From assembly GCA_030640695.1 (NCBI GenBank), contig DAOWIX010000143.1:1-34172 (forward strand): a DNA stretch of 34,172 nucleotides. Reading direction: 5' to 3'. Position numbers and translations under genes: made by a program. This stretch comes from Deltaproteobacteria bacterium (lineage in GTDB: Bacteria; Desulfobacterota; Anaeroferrophillalia; Anaeroferrophillales; Tharpellaceae). Below are positions 25,064 to 34,172 of this stretch, in pieces (the first letter of the stretch is position 1; every line of letters begins with the position of its first letter). Under the pieces are notes generated by a model. It saw only the letters and a program-made list of their open reading frames with translations. It made no database searches and had not been told where the DNA came from.

Positions 25064-26780
25064 TTATCGCCGACTACTTAAATACGTCATTCCGCTCTGG
25101 CCAAAACTTCTTTTGTCGATCATTTTTATGATCATCTTTTCGCTCCTCACTTCCGCCATTGCTTTCCTTGTCAAACCAGCCCTTGATGATATTTTCCTCA
25201 AGCAAGATGCAACAATGCTGAAACTTCTACCCCTGGTTCTGATAGGCATTTTCCTGCTCAAAGGGATCACTAACTATCTCCAATCATATTTCATCGGATT
25301 CGTCGGAAACCGAGTTGTCACCAATATCAGAGAGGAGGTCTACTTCCATCTCCAGTCTCTCTCTCTCTCCTTTTTCACTTCGATTCCGAGCGGTGCCCTG
25401 ACCTCACGCGTAATCTACGATATCGCCATGATTCAACGTTCGGTATCCAGTGTGATTGCCGGCCTCTTGAAAGAGATAATAACCGCTTTAGGCCTTATCG
25501 GGGTTCTCTTCTATCGTGATTGGCAACTCGCTATAATTGCCCTTGTAATTCTCCCACTACTCTTTTTTCCGATTTTCAAATACAGTCGCAAACTGCGCCG
25601 ATTCAGCAAAAAAGGGCAGTCTCAAGTTGCTGAGATCTCCTCTTTTTTACAAGAGAGCTTCACTGGCATCCGCATTATCAAGGCTTTCATCATGGAGGAG
25701 TATAACCGCCGGGAATTTTCCCGCATCAATGAAAAACTTTTTAAATTGATGATCAAACGCCTCAAGATAAAATCGCTGACGGCTCCGATTTCGGAAACCT
25801 TTGGCGGTCTGGCTGCGGCAGCAGTCATCTGGTATGGCGGTAGCCAGGTCATCAGCGGCCAATCAACTCCGGGCAGTTTTTTCTCTTTCATGACCGCCCT
25901 GTTTATGCTTTACGGGCCGATCCGCAGCCTTAACCGCAGTAACAACCAGGTTCAGGAAGCCTTAGCTGCCGGGACTCGGGTCTTTGAACTGTTGGATACC
26001 GTAGCTGACGTAAAAGATGCTCCTAAAGCTCCCGCTCTTGATCCTTTTCACGATCTCATATGTTATGATGAGATCGACTTCAGATATAACGAAGATGAAA
26101 TTTTAAAAAATATTTCATTAACCATAAAAAAAGGTGAAACTGTAGCCATCGTCGGTCGTAGCGGTAGCGGCAAAACAACACTAGTTAACCTTCTCCCTCG
26201 CTTCTACGATGTCCAGAGTGGAAAAGTAACCATCGATGGACGTGATATCCGAGAAATCACCCAGCACTCTCTTCGCCAACAAATCGCCATCGTCTCCCAA
26301 CAAACAATTCTTTTTAATGACACCGTGCGCAATAATATTTATTACGGACGTGCGGATGTCAAAGAAGAAGAGCTCATTGCAGCTGCCAGGTCCGCCAATG
26401 CCCATGATTTTATCAGCAAACTGCCACAAGGTTACGATACTGTAGTTGGCGAGAACGGCATCAGGCTTTCAGGAGGTCAGCAACAGCGTCTCTCCATTGC
26501 TCGAGCCCTACTCAAAAACTCACCCATCCTGATCCTCGATGAAGCGACTTCTTCTCTAGACACGGAATCCGAACGCGAGGTCCAGGAGGCGATCAACCGC
26601 CTGATGGAAGATCGCACAACTCTGGTCATTGCGCATCGGCTCTCTACCATCACCCACGCCGACCGCATCGTCGTAATGGCTGATGGTCGCATTATTGAAG
26701 TTGGCAACCACCAGGAATTATTAGACAAAGGTGGTGAATATGCCAACCTTTACAAACTTCAATTCAGGAAAGAGGGTTAA
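25056..26780 (+). CDS. msbA: Lipid A export ABC transporter, permease/ATP-binding protein MsbA
   Basis: 574 aa: six-TM exporter domain plus an NBD (GRSGSGKTT, LSGGQQQRLSIARAL, LILDEATSSLD). It overlaps the lpxB stop by 8 nt. Confidence 0.88.
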   Translation: MNNYRRLLKYVIPLWPKLLLSIIFMIIFSLLTSAIAFLVKPALDDIFLKQDATMLKLLPLVLIGIFLLKGITNYLQSYFIGFVGNRVVTNIREEVYFHLQSLSLSFFTSIPSGALTSRVIYDIAMIQRSVSSVIAGLLKEIITALGLIGVLFYRDWQLAIIALVILPLLFFPIFKYSRKLRRFSKKGQSQVAEISSFLQESFTGIRIIKAFIMEEYNRREFSRINEKLFKLMIKRLKIKSLTAPISETFGGLAAAAVIWYGGSQVISGQSTPGSFFSFMTALFMLYGPIRSLNRSNNQVQEALAAGTRVFELLDTVADVKDAPKAPALDPFHDLICYDEIDFRYNEDEILKNISLTIKKGETVAIVGRSGSGKTTLVNLLPRFYDVQSGKVTIDGRDIREITQHSLRQQIAIVSQQTILFNDTVRNNIYYGRADVKEEELIAAARSANAHDFISKLPQGYDTVVGENGIRLSGGQQQRLSIARALLKNSPILILDEATSSLDTESEREVQEAINRLMEDRTTLVIAHRLSTITHADRIVVMADGRIIEVGNHQELLDKGGEYANLYKLQFRKEG

Positions 26781-27024
26781 CCTTGAGTGTGCGGACACTA
26801 AAATATTTTCCCCAACAGGAATTAACAATTATTGGCACTTACTAAAATCCAAAAGAATTATATCGAGTGAGCCTTCACTTCAATTTGTCGATTATTTGCT
26901 TTTCATCATCATATCTGTTATAGTAGCAGATATAAGTCTGAATTAAACTACGATAAGTCTGTGTAGAGAAGCGTCGCGACAAACCGTTGAAACGCGACAA
27001 AGTAGGAAAAAGGAGGGTCTTAAG

Positions 27025-27666
27025 ATGGAAGCCCAACAAACTAACTCCAATATATCACTGCTTTCCAGCATGAATGCTTTTTACGGAATCCCTAATACCT
27101 CTCAAGAAACCGCTGCTGCTATAGATCGCGGAGTTCCGGCACCAGAGGTCTACAGCCCAGGTTCACGTGAACCAATTGTCCCTGAGCAGACCCCGGAAAC
27201 AGCGACAAATCCGGCCCCGACAACTCCAGCAGAGACCTATTTTTCACAAGCAACGGAACAACTTGAGATTAGTGACCAAGCCGTTGCTATGCAACTGCAG
27301 CAACAGCAGCAAGAAAACAACAATCCTGCCATACCGGTGGCGGCCGATAATGGTACACCAGCTCCTGAAGCTCAGGGGACTGACATCGAACCTCAATTAC
27401 AAGTGGAACCAGGTTCAAATAATTCGGGACAGCGGGTTGAGCAGAACATGGCCCCGAACCAACCTCAACCAAATACAGCCACTGAACCTACAGCGGTAAC
27501 GGGTTTAAATGATGGGCCCATGACGCAAACCCAAAACACCGGCAGAGAGAACAGTCAACAACCAGCTAACTCCCTTCTTCAGACAAGCTATGCGCAATTT
27601 TCCGGTAGCGGTCCGGCGGCCAGCAGTGCCAGCCAACCGGGAAACCGTTTGAGTGCCATGGGTTAA
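27025..27666 (+). CDS. Hypothetical Pro/Gln/Thr/Asn-rich, predicted intrinsically disordered protein
   Basis: 213 aa with an AAGGAGG RBS. I see no signal peptide and no TM segment; the sequence is low-complexity throughout. It is followed by a strong terminator. Confidence 0.55.
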   Translation: MEAQQTNSNISLLSSMNAFYGIPNTSQETAAAIDRGVPAPEVYSPGSREPIVPEQTPETATNPAPTTPAETYFSQATEQLEISDQAVAMQLQQQQQENNNPAIPVAADNGTPAPEAQGTDIEPQLQVEPGSNNSGQRVEQNMAPNQPQPNTATEPTAVTGLNDGPMTQTQNTGRENSQQPANSLLQTSYAQFSGSGPAASSASQPGNRLSAMG

Positions 27667-27688
27667 AACTCAGACTGATTAAATAAAT

Positions 27689-27730
27689 AAACGTAAAAAG
27701 GGCGGTTTAAAAACCGCCCTTTTTACGTTT
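27689..27730. terminator. Bidirectional rho-independent terminator between convergent genes
   Basis: AAACGTAAAAAGGGCGGTTT-AA-AAACCGCCCTTTTTACGTTT, a perfect 20-nt-arm palindrome read from the sequence. Confidence 0.85.
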
Positions 27731-27760
27731 ATAACCTACAAGGTGGCACAACCTAATAAA

Positions 27761-28768
27761 TCAACATCCATAATAATCACGATACCACCTGACAAACTCC
27801 TCTACACCTTGTTCCAGTGGTGTAGCCGGACTAAAACCAACCGCCGACTGCAGGTCGGCAACATCAGCATAAGTAGCCGGAACATCGCCGGGTTGCATGG
27901 GCAGTAACACTTTTTTTGCTTTCTTACCCAATTCCTTTTCCAGGATAGCTATAAAATCAAGTAATTGCACCGGACTATGGTTACCAATATTGTAGAGACG
28001 GTAAGGAGCCGGGCTACTACCAGGGTCAGGAGAGCCCCCATCCCAGTCACTATTAGATGCGGGAAGATGGGGAATAAGCCGGAAAATCCCCTCTACGATA
28101 TCGTCAACATAAGTGAAATCCCGCTGCATTTCCCCTTGATTAAAGACCTTTATCGGCTCTCCTGCCAGAATCGCCTTGGTAAAGAGAAACAGAGCCATAT
28201 CCGGGCGTCCCCAAGGACCATAAACCGTAAAGAAACGCAGACCCGTAACCGGCAGACCGTAGAGGTGACTGTAAGAATGGGCCATTAGCTCATTGGCCTT
28301 TTTACTTGCAGCATAAAGACTTACCGGATGATCAACATTACCATGTACGGAAAAAGGCATCTTTGTATTAAGACCATAAACCGAGCTGGATGAGGCATAG
28401 ATCAGATGCTCCACCTGGTTATGGCGACAACCTTCAAGGATATTGAGAAACCCTGATATATTACTGTCAATATAAGCCTTAGGATTTTCCAAACTATAAC
28501 GAACCCCGGCCTGAGCCGCAAGATTAACGACTTGCTGAAAAGCACCACTCTTAAATAACTCCTGCATACCTTTCGTATCAACCAGATCAAGTTTGGCAAA
28601 AGAAAAGTTTTTATCTTGCAAGAGGATTTTAAGGCGATCATTTTTCAGGCCGACATCATAATAATCATTAAGATTGTCGAGACCTACAACCTTCATCCCT
28701 GCTGCCAGTAAGCGCCGACTGACATGAAAACCTATAAATCCAGCTGCTCCGGTAACCAATACGCTCAT
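27761..28768 (-). CDS. NAD-dependent epimerase/dehydratase (extended SDR), UDP-glucuronate 4-epimerase-like
   Basis: The track ORF is trimmed to M35 (ATG at 28768, GGAGAG RBS). It has [32 protein letters not shown] and YAASKKANE (YxxxK). Confidence 0.8.
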   Translation of the reverse strand: MSVLVTGAAGFIGFHVSRRLLAAGMKVVGLDNLNDYYDVGLKNDRLKILLQDKNFSFAKLDLVDTKGMQELFKSGAFQQVVNLAAQAGVRYSLENPKAYIDSNISGFLNILEGCRHNQVEHLIYASSSSVYGLNTKMPFSVHGNVDHPVSLYAASKKANELMAHSYSHLYGLPVTGLRFFTVYGPWGRPDMALFLFTKAILAGEPIKVFNQGEMQRDFTYVDDIVEGIFRLIPHLPASNSDWDGGSPDPGSSPAPYRLYNIGNHSPVQLLDFIAILEKELGKKAKKVLLPMQPGDVPATYADVADLQSAVGFSPATPLEQGVEEFVRWYRDYYGC

Positions 28769-28927
28769 AATATTTACTCTCCAGGCTTTTCCAGTAAGCT
28801 CATTCAATCTATAAGTATTGAGCAAGCCACTAAATTTAATTTTACTCTGGCCGTCTAAACTGACCTCCAAAGCTTAGGAGGTTGTCCAACTTATAACATA
28901 ATCAAAATTATAACTTCATTCAACAAA

Positions 28928-28963
28928 AAAAGACCGGAACGGCATAACCGTCCAGGTCTTTTT
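28928..28963 (-). terminator. Rho-independent terminator downstream of the PilZ gene
   Basis: On the minus strand: AAAAAGACCTGGACGG-TTATG-CCGTTCCGGTCTTTTTTT. The stem has two mismatches and is followed by a T-tract. Confidence 0.6.
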
Positions 28964-28996
28964 GGAAGAAATACAACTACTGAAAGCTCTTTCTAG

Positions 28997-29314
28997 CTAC
29001 ATATCGAGGTCAGGAGCATTGCTGACAAACTGATATTGACCATCAAAACAGACCCCAACCCCTTCACTCTCAATACGTACCACTCGACCATTCATCTCAA
29101 CCCATGAACCAGACCCTGAAAACGAGTTGAGGTAGAGGTTTACTTTTACATCGGTTCCCTGTTCAACCGACTGACCTTCAGTCAGCAGGAAAGCTCCGCC
29201 GGACGATACGTCGCGGGTTTTCCACTCATAAGTCTGGACATCTCCACTACCAAGCATGGTTTCAACATGCGCCGGAACCTGAAGATTATATCTTGTCACT
29301 ACTCTTTTTTCCAT
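28997..29314 (-). CDS. PilZ domain protein (c-di-GMP receptor)
   Basis: 105 aa with both halves of the c-di-GMP binding signature: RVVTR (RxxxR) and DVSSGG (D/NxSxxG). Confidence 0.8.
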   Translation of the reverse strand: MEKRVVTRYNLQVPAHVETMLGSGDVQTYEWKTRDVSSGGAFLLTEGQSVEQGTDVKVNLYLNSFSGSGSWVEMNGRVVRIESEGVGVCFDGQYQFVSNAPDLDM

Positions 29315-29376
29315 AATATCACCTTTTCTCTCTAGGCTAAATCATGATATCCATCTTTACTGCAAAACTCGATGAA

Positions 29377-29471
29377 AATCAGTCAAAAGATCTTAAAGCC
29401 CCTAGCTGCAAATCTAAACCTTATATGATGCAAGTATACTACAAGATAGAGAAAAAACAATCAGTCAAAAG
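29377..29471. promoter_or_regulatory. Two copies of a 13-nt direct repeat AATCAGTCAAAAG (29377-29389 and 29459-29471) in the PilZ upstream region; each has an adjacent ATGAAAAT
   Basis: Read directly from the sequence, with 82-bp centre-to-centre spacing. The repeats lie between the LuxR-family gene stop and the PilZ start. Confidence 0.35.
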
Positions 29472-29506
29472 TATGAAAATAGTCTTATTTTAAAAAAAAG
29501 AAGTGA

Positions 29507-30202
29507 TCACGCCAAATATTTAGAGGCCCAGAGAGCCGCTTGGAGTCGGTTAGGAACATTTATTTTACGAAAAATACGGTAGACATGGCTTTTTACCGTA
29601 TGCTGGCTGATACAGAGATGATCAGCGATCTGATCATTTGTTGAACCAACTCCAATCTCCATCAGCACTTCCCGCTCGCGAACAGACAAGGTAACCGACA
29701 AAAGAGAAGATGAAGCTTTATTTTCGTCCTCCTCAATGCCCTGCCCCCGACTTTCTAGAATACAGCGACTGACTAGTTGACGCGGAAACCAGAGTTCACC
29801 GGCGACGACCGCTTGGATAAAACGAATGAGAAGATTAGGGGCGGCATTAGCATTGACAACCCCGCGCACTCCACGACGCAACATCACACTTTCAACATCG
29901 AGATCAGGATCGAGGTTAATCAAAACCACATAAATCTTGTCGTCTACCAACAGGCGGTCACCAAAAAGATCGAGATAGGCAATAATTGTTTCAGCATCAT
30001 CACCGGAGCAGTCACGCATCAACAACATACGCTTGTCGCCTGCCAACCCTAGCGGAGGCTCATCCTGACCATTTTCAGCCACCTGACAGTAAAAACCAAA
30101 TTCACGCTCGAGAAATGACGCCAATAAGCCTTTCTGTATATTTTGCTGACCAACAACATAAGCGACCCAGTCCTGAACAATAAAATCAGCAAGACTTGCC
30201 AT
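29507..30202 (-). CDS. LuxR/FixJ-family transcriptional regulator with a CsgD-like N-terminal domain
   Basis: The C-terminal HTH is LSVREREVLMEIGVGSTNDQIADHLCISQHTVKSHVYRIFRKINVPNRLQAALWA. The N-terminal part (GVVNAN...IQAVVAGELWFPRQLVS) parallels CsgD. The start is trimmed to the ATG at 30202; the track ORF start at 30253 remains possible. Confidence 0.75.
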   Translation of the reverse strand: MASLADFIVQDWVAYVVGQQNIQKGLLASFLEREFGFYCQVAENGQDEPPLGLAGDKRMLLMRDCSGDDAETIIAYLDLFGDRLLVDDKIYVVLINLDPDLDVESVMLRRGVRGVVNANAAPNLLIRFIQAVVAGELWFPRQLVSRCILESRGQGIEEDENKASSSLLSVTLSVREREVLMEIGVGSTNDQIADHLCISQHTVKSHVYRIFRKINVPNRLQAALWASKYLA

Positions 30203-30279
30203 TCCCACCCCAAATGTTAAATTCCTGTTAACTTTAAGTGCAAATACCAACAACCGCCGTTAAATGTCAAGCAGCAATA

Positions 30280-31272
30280 CTAAAGGGCGCAAAAATATTC
30301 ACGAGCCCGTGGAGTCACAATCCGCCCTCTGGGGGTTCGCGCCAGAAAACCTGCTTGCAAAAGGAAAGGCTCACAAACATCCTCAAGGGTGTCTGGCTCC
30401 TCGTTAAGCACTGCCGACAGAGTCTCAATACCGACTGGACCACCATTAAATTTATTAATAATGGCATCCATAAAGAGGCGATCGAGATTGTCAAAACCGC
30501 GTTCATCTATCTCAAGGCTATCAAGGGCAGAGGCAGCAGTCGTCTTTGAGATGGCATCAAGACCGTCAACTTGGGCAAAATCACGCACTCGTTTTAAAAG
30601 TCGGTTAGCGATTCTCGGAGTTCCACGAGAACGACGAGATATCTCCAGAGCGCCATCCTCTTCAATCACAATCCCTAAAATCCGAGCTGAACGTGTAATA
30701 ATCTTGGCAAGCTCTTCAACCTGATAAAACTCAAGCCGCATAACAATGCCAAAACGATCCCGTAAAGGCGAAGAGAGCAAGCCAACCCTGGTGGTAGCCC
30801 CAACCAGCGTAAATGGAGGTAGATCGAGCGATATCGAGCGAGCAGCCGGGCCTTGGCCGATTATGATATCGATCTTGAAATCCTCAAGTGCAGGATAAAG
30901 AATCTCCTCGACCACCCGATTAAGTCGGTGAATTTCATCAATAAAGAGAATATCATGGGGTTGCAGATTGGTCAATATTGCCGCAAGATCACCGGGCCGG
31001 GTAATTGCCGGGCCAGATGTACCCCGTATCTGCGCTCCCATTTCAGAGGCTACGATACGAGATAGAGTCGTTTTTCCCAACCCGGGAGGGCCATAGAGAA
31101 GCAGGTGATCAAGGGCTTCCTGCCGACCCCGGGCCGCCTCAATAAAAACCTTGAGATTAGTTACCGCTTTCATCTGGCCAACATAGTTGACAAGCTGATG
31201 CGGCCGCAAACCCTCTTCGATAGCACCATCAACAGAGGTCAAAGAAGCTTCCAATAAACGTTCCTCAACCAC
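30280..31272 (-). CDS. ruvB: Holliday junction branch migration DNA helicase RuvB
   Basis: 330 aa, with Walker [10 protein letters not shown] and Walker [11 protein letters not shown]. Confidence 0.95.
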   Translation of the reverse strand: MVEERLLEASLTSVDGAIEEGLRPHQLVNYVGQMKAVTNLKVFIEAARGRQEALDHLLLYGPPGLGKTTLSRIVASEMGAQIRGTSGPAITRPGDLAAILTNLQPHDILFIDEIHRLNRVVEEILYPALEDFKIDIIIGQGPAARSISLDLPPFTLVGATTRVGLLSSPLRDRFGIVMRLEFYQVEELAKIITRSARILGIVIEEDGALEISRRSRGTPRIANRLLKRVRDFAQVDGLDAISKTTAASALDSLEIDERGFDNLDRLFMDAIINKFNGGPVGIETLSAVLNEEPDTLEDVCEPFLLQAGFLARTPRGRIVTPRAREYFCAL

Positions 31273-31885
31273 GATGAAGCTCCTGTAAAACCAACTTCAA
31301 CAGAGCTTCGAGCCCTAAGCCGGAATGGTCGCGAACTACCTTTACAGTGATTGCTTCAACCTCATTACTACGATAACCCAGAGCCTGCAGGGCCTCCATC
31401 AATTCATTAGTGAGAACACCACCTGAGCCTGGCCCTGCAACCACATCTGAGGAGAGCTCCAAAACAGCTAACTCGCCAAGCTCTTTTTTCAAGAGTTCCC
31501 CCAGCTCTAAAACAAGTCGCCGTGAAAGTTTTTTCCCGACCCCTGGCAATTTGGCAAGCTCATCAACCTCTTGATTTATGAGCTGCCTCTCAAGTTGACC
31601 CAATTCGCCACCCGAAATAATCGCAAAAGCGAGCTTTGGGCCGACTCCATTAACCTTGAGGAGTCGCAAGAACATATCCTGTTCACGACTTTCGAAAAAT
31701 CCATATAACTGTATCGCATCATCACGAAGTTTTGTCGTAACCCATAAAACTACCTCTTCGTTAAGAGGCGGAAGTTGATTGCCTGTCGTCACAGAAATGT
31801 GGAGACGATAGCCAACCCCACCAGCCTCGACCATAACTTCATCAATTCCTTTATAGACCAGAGGCCCACGAACTCTTCCAATCAT
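31265..31885 (-). CDS. ruvA: Holliday junction DNA-binding protein RuvA
   Basis: The track ORF is trimmed to MIGRVRG (ATG at 31885), which overlaps the ruvC stop as ATGA. HhH motifs are present ([17 protein letters not shown]). Confidence 0.92.
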   Translation of the reverse strand: MIGRVRGPLVYKGIDEVMVEAGGVGYRLHISVTTGNQLPPLNEEVVLWVTTKLRDDAIQLYGFFESREQDMFLRLLKVNGVGPKLAFAIISGGELGQLERQLINQEVDELAKLPGVGKKLSRRLVLELGELLKKELGELAVLELSSDVVAGPGSGGVLTNELMEALQALGYRSNEVEAITVKVVRDHSGLGLEALLKLVLQELHRG

Positions 31886-32370
31886 AATCGCTGCCACTCC
31901 TGCAGACGGCTTTGATGGTGATGACATATAGCGATCGCCAGAGCATCTGCTGAATGCTCACCAGCAAGCTTTGGGACTTTTAACAATAACTTCACCATAT
32001 GCTGAACCTGATCCTTAGTTGCCTTGCCATAACCGACCACAGACTGTTTAACCAGGGCCGGAGGATATTCATTAATTGATAACCCAAACTTTGCCCCGGC
32101 AACCATAACGGCACCACGCGCCTGGCCCAGTACCAGCATACTTTTCACATTAACACCATAAAAGATCCCCTCAACTGCAAGTTGATCGGGCTTATATTTG
32201 GTCAAAAGGGCCGCAGTATGATCATAAAGCAGTGCTAGTTTCTCACCAACACCAGCTTTTCTCGGTAGCTTCAACTCTTCATCGTGACAATAACTCAGCT
32301 GACCAGCAATATTTTCAACCAGACCGTAACCGGTCACTGCACTACCGGGGTCTACTCCTAAAACCAACAT
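31882..32370 (-). CDS. ruvC: Crossover junction endodeoxyribonuclease RuvC
   Basis: 162 aa, with the MLVLGVDPGSAVTGYG N-terminus and ...SADALAIAICH. Confidence 0.93.
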   Translation of the reverse strand: MLVLGVDPGSAVTGYGLVENIAGQLSYCHDEELKLPRKAGVGEKLALLYDHTAALLTKYKPDQLAVEGIFYGVNVKSMLVLGQARGAVMVAGAKFGLSINEYPPALVKQSVVGYGKATKDQVQHMVKLLLKVPKLAGEHSADALAIAICHHHQSRLQEWQRL

Positions 32371-32376
32371 CTAGAC

Positions 32377-33132
32377 CTAACCCTGTAACTCTTCCAGGAG
32401 AGCATCATCGATATCAAAGTTAGAGTAGATATTCTGGATATCATCACAATCTTCAAGGTTATCCATCAGGCGTAACATCTGTTCGGCGGCTTTACCCTCA
32501 AGATTCACAGTGTTAGAAGGAATTTTGTCAACCGCGGCAGAAACCATCTCAATCCCTTCACTCTCTAAAGCCTGGCGGACTTCCTCAAAAGCTTCAGATG
32601 ATGTATGAACTTCTATAACCTCTTGCCCCGCCTCATCGATAACATCATCGGCCCCGGCCTCAAGGGCTAGCTCAAAAAGATTTTCCGCATCAACCTTATC
32701 ACGTTCACAAACGATCACCCCTTTAGTTTCAAAGATCCAAGAGACGCAGCCGTTTTCACCTAAATTACCGTTACCTTTTGCGAAGATATGACGAACATCA
32801 GCAGCTGCGCGGTTCTTATTGTCGGTCATAATATCGAGTAGTACAGCAGCTCCACCGGGACCATAACCTTCATATGTATACTCTTCATAGTTAACCCCAT
32901 CTAGATCGCCGCTACCTTTCTTGATGGCACGCTCAATATTATCTTTCGGCATATTGGCAGCTTTTGCGATAGCCACAGCTGTCCGCAAACGGGGATTCAT
33001 CTCCGGATCACCCCCACCGCCCCTGGCGGCAACAATAATCTCCTTGATTATCTTGGTAAAGATCTTACCTCGCTTAGCATCCGCCGCACCCTTCTTATGC
33101 TTAATACTACTCCACTTATTATGGCCTGACAT
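32377..33132 (-). CDS. yebC: YebC/PmpR family DNA-binding transcriptional regulator
   Basis: 251 aa, with [27 protein letters not shown], and positioned upstream of ruvCAB. Confidence 0.92.
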   Translation of the reverse strand: MSGHNKWSSIKHKKGAADAKRGKIFTKIIKEIIVAARGGGGDPEMNPRLRTAVAIAKAANMPKDNIERAIKKGSGDLDGVNYEEYTYEGYGPGGAAVLLDIMTDNKNRAAADVRHIFAKGNGNLGENGCVSWIFETKGVIVCERDKVDAENLFELALEAGADDVIDEAGQEVIEVHTSSEAFEEVRQALESEGIEMVSAAVDKIPSNTVNLEGKAAEQMLRLMDNLEDCDDIQNIYSNFDIDDALLEELQG

Positions 33133-33231
33133 AATTAAACTCCACTATCTATTATGAAAATATTTAAACTTTCTAAAACTTAAAACCTTCACCAACTAAC
33201 TAGCCAAAGAGGGCCCTCTTTGTCAAGACGT

Positions 33232-33264
33232 AAAAAGGCCAGCGCCTTATGAGCGCTGGCCTTT
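33232..33264 (-). terminator. Rho-independent terminator of the pyrophosphatase gene
   Basis: On the minus strand: AGGCCAGCGC-TCATAAG-GCGCTGGCCT followed by TTTTT. Confidence 0.8.
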
Positions 33265-33290
33265 GACTTAGAAAAACAGTCCCGCTTCTC

Positions 33291-34172
33291 TTACATCTTT
33301 AAAAGCAGAGGAGCAATAACCAAAGAGACGATAGACATCAATTTGATCAGGATGTTCATGGCCGGACCGGAAGTATCCTTGAAAGGATCGCCAACCGTGT
33401 CGCCGGTAACCGCTGCTTTATGAGCATCGGAACCTTTACCACCACAATGGCCCTGCTCGATGTATTTCTTGGCATTATCCCAAGCGCCACCGGCGTTTGA
33501 CATAAAGAGCGCCATGAAGACACCGGTCAAAGTTGCACCGGCAAGCATACCACCCAGAGCTTCGGCACCAAGAGAAAAACCTACCACGATCGGAGCAAGA
33601 ATCGCCAAAAGGCTGGGAGCAATCATCTCTTTCAATGAAGCGGCAGTACTGATGTCAATACACTTTTCATACTCTGGACGAGCAGTACCTTCCATGATCC
33701 CGGGAATTTCCCGGAACTGACGGCGAACCTCTTCAACCATCGCGTATGCAGCCTTACCTACTGAAGACATGGTCATAGCGCCACAAAGGAAAGGAATAAT
33801 ACCACCAAGGAAGAGTCCGATAACAACCATCGGATTAGTCAGATTAATTACTTTGAGGCCGACTGCAGAAGTGTAAGCTGCAAAGAGGGCAAGAGCGGTC
33901 AGGGCGGCCGAACCGATGGCAAAACCTTTACCGATAGCGGCAGTGGTGTTACCAAGAGCGTCAAGACCATCAGTGATTTTCCGGGTCTCTTCACCCAAAC
34001 CACACATTTCAGAGATTCCACCGGCATTATCGGCAATCGGACCATAAGCGTCAACCGACATGGTAACCCCAACCGTGGCCAACATCCCAACCGCGGCGAT
34101 ACCGATACCGTAAAGACCGATAAAATGGAAAGAGCCAAAGATCGCAGCACAAATCAAAAGAACTGGAACCGC
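33291..34172 (-). CDS. hppA: Membrane-bound proton/sodium-translocating pyrophosphatase, C-terminal ~293 codons (gene continues beyond the window end)
   Basis: [23 protein letters not shown] and DNAGGI motifs. The reading frame is open to position 34172. Confidence 0.92.
   Translation of the reverse strand, partial: AVPVLLICAAIFGSFHFIGLYGIGIAAVGMLATVGVTMSVDAYGPIADNAGGISEMCGLGEETRKITDGLDALGNTTAAIGKGFAIGSAALTALALFAAYTSAVGLKVINLTNPMVVIGLFLGGIIPFLCGAMTMSSVGKAAYAMVEEVRRQFREIPGIMEGTARPEYEKCIDISTAASLKEMIAPSLLAILAPIVVGFSLGAEALGGMLAGATLTGVFMALFMSNAGGAWDNAKKYIEQGHCGGKGSDAHKAAVTGDTVGDPFKDTSGPAMNILIKLMSIVSLVIAPLLLKM

Noticed and set aside
26833-26850. TGGCAC hexamer suggesting a sigma-54 -24 element upstream of the P/Q-rich gene
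   Set aside because: The required -12 TTGC element at the correct spacing is absent; the sequence TTACTAAAAT follows instead.
1-34172. Whole-window scan for CRISPR arrays, tRNA/rRNA/tmRNA genes, IS elements, integrases, prophage genes and GEMM-type c-di-GMP riboswitches
   Set aside because: I found no regularly spaced direct repeats, no T-loop (GGTTCGAATCC-like) or cloverleaf candidates in the spacers, no transposase or integrase ORFs, and no GEMM-like conserved segments in the longer leaders. This was an eye scan only; a cmscan/tRNAscan run would be definitive.

Overview
This window is mostly core housekeeping DNA from a diderm, probably anaerobic bacterium. The gene content (Ni-CODH, H+-PPase, many c-di-GMP parts) looks Desulfuromonadota/deltaproteobacteria-like, but that is inference only. 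Reading left to right: a partial cooS; an HD-GYP phosphodiesterase; dtd; a small TPR-like ORF followed by aroQ, an M24 peptidase and efp; cmk and ispH; pyrF; a 3D-domain lipoprotein; a kdsB-HNH-moaE-like operon; two TPR proteins (YfgM-like and PilW-like); and lysS. A large outer-membrane biogenesis block follows: lolC/E, a tandem-cNMP-binding protein, lolD, bamA, skp, fabZ, lpxA, a Gfo/Idh/MocA oxidoreductase, lpxB and msbA. After that come a P/Q-rich disordered protein, a UDP-glucuronate-epimerase-like SDR, a PilZ protein, a CsgD-like LuxR regulator, yebC-ruvC-ruvA-ruvB and a partial H+-pyrophosphatase. I found no transposase, integrase, CRISPR array, tRNA/rRNA gene or recognisable multi-gene defence system, so I cannot point to a clear-cut novel system. 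Five things deserve a second look. (1) ispH carries an in-frame TAA at codon 20 inside its conserved N-terminal Fe-S motif. (2) A micro-ORF for a single-pass membrane peptide contains an in-frame TGA, is followed by a GC-rich hairpin with an AGGU loop, and has a read-through stop that overlaps the next gene's ATG; this makes it a candidate selenocysteine or read-through protein. (3) A structured non-coding repeat occurs twice, each copy nested in inverted repeats, and one copy splits the normally tight fabZ-lpxA junction. (4) A tandem cNMP-binding protein is translationally coupled inside the lolC-lolD operon. (5) A c-di-GMP/biofilm-type cluster (PilZ, CsgD-like regulator, disordered protein, sugar epimerase) contains conserved direct repeats.
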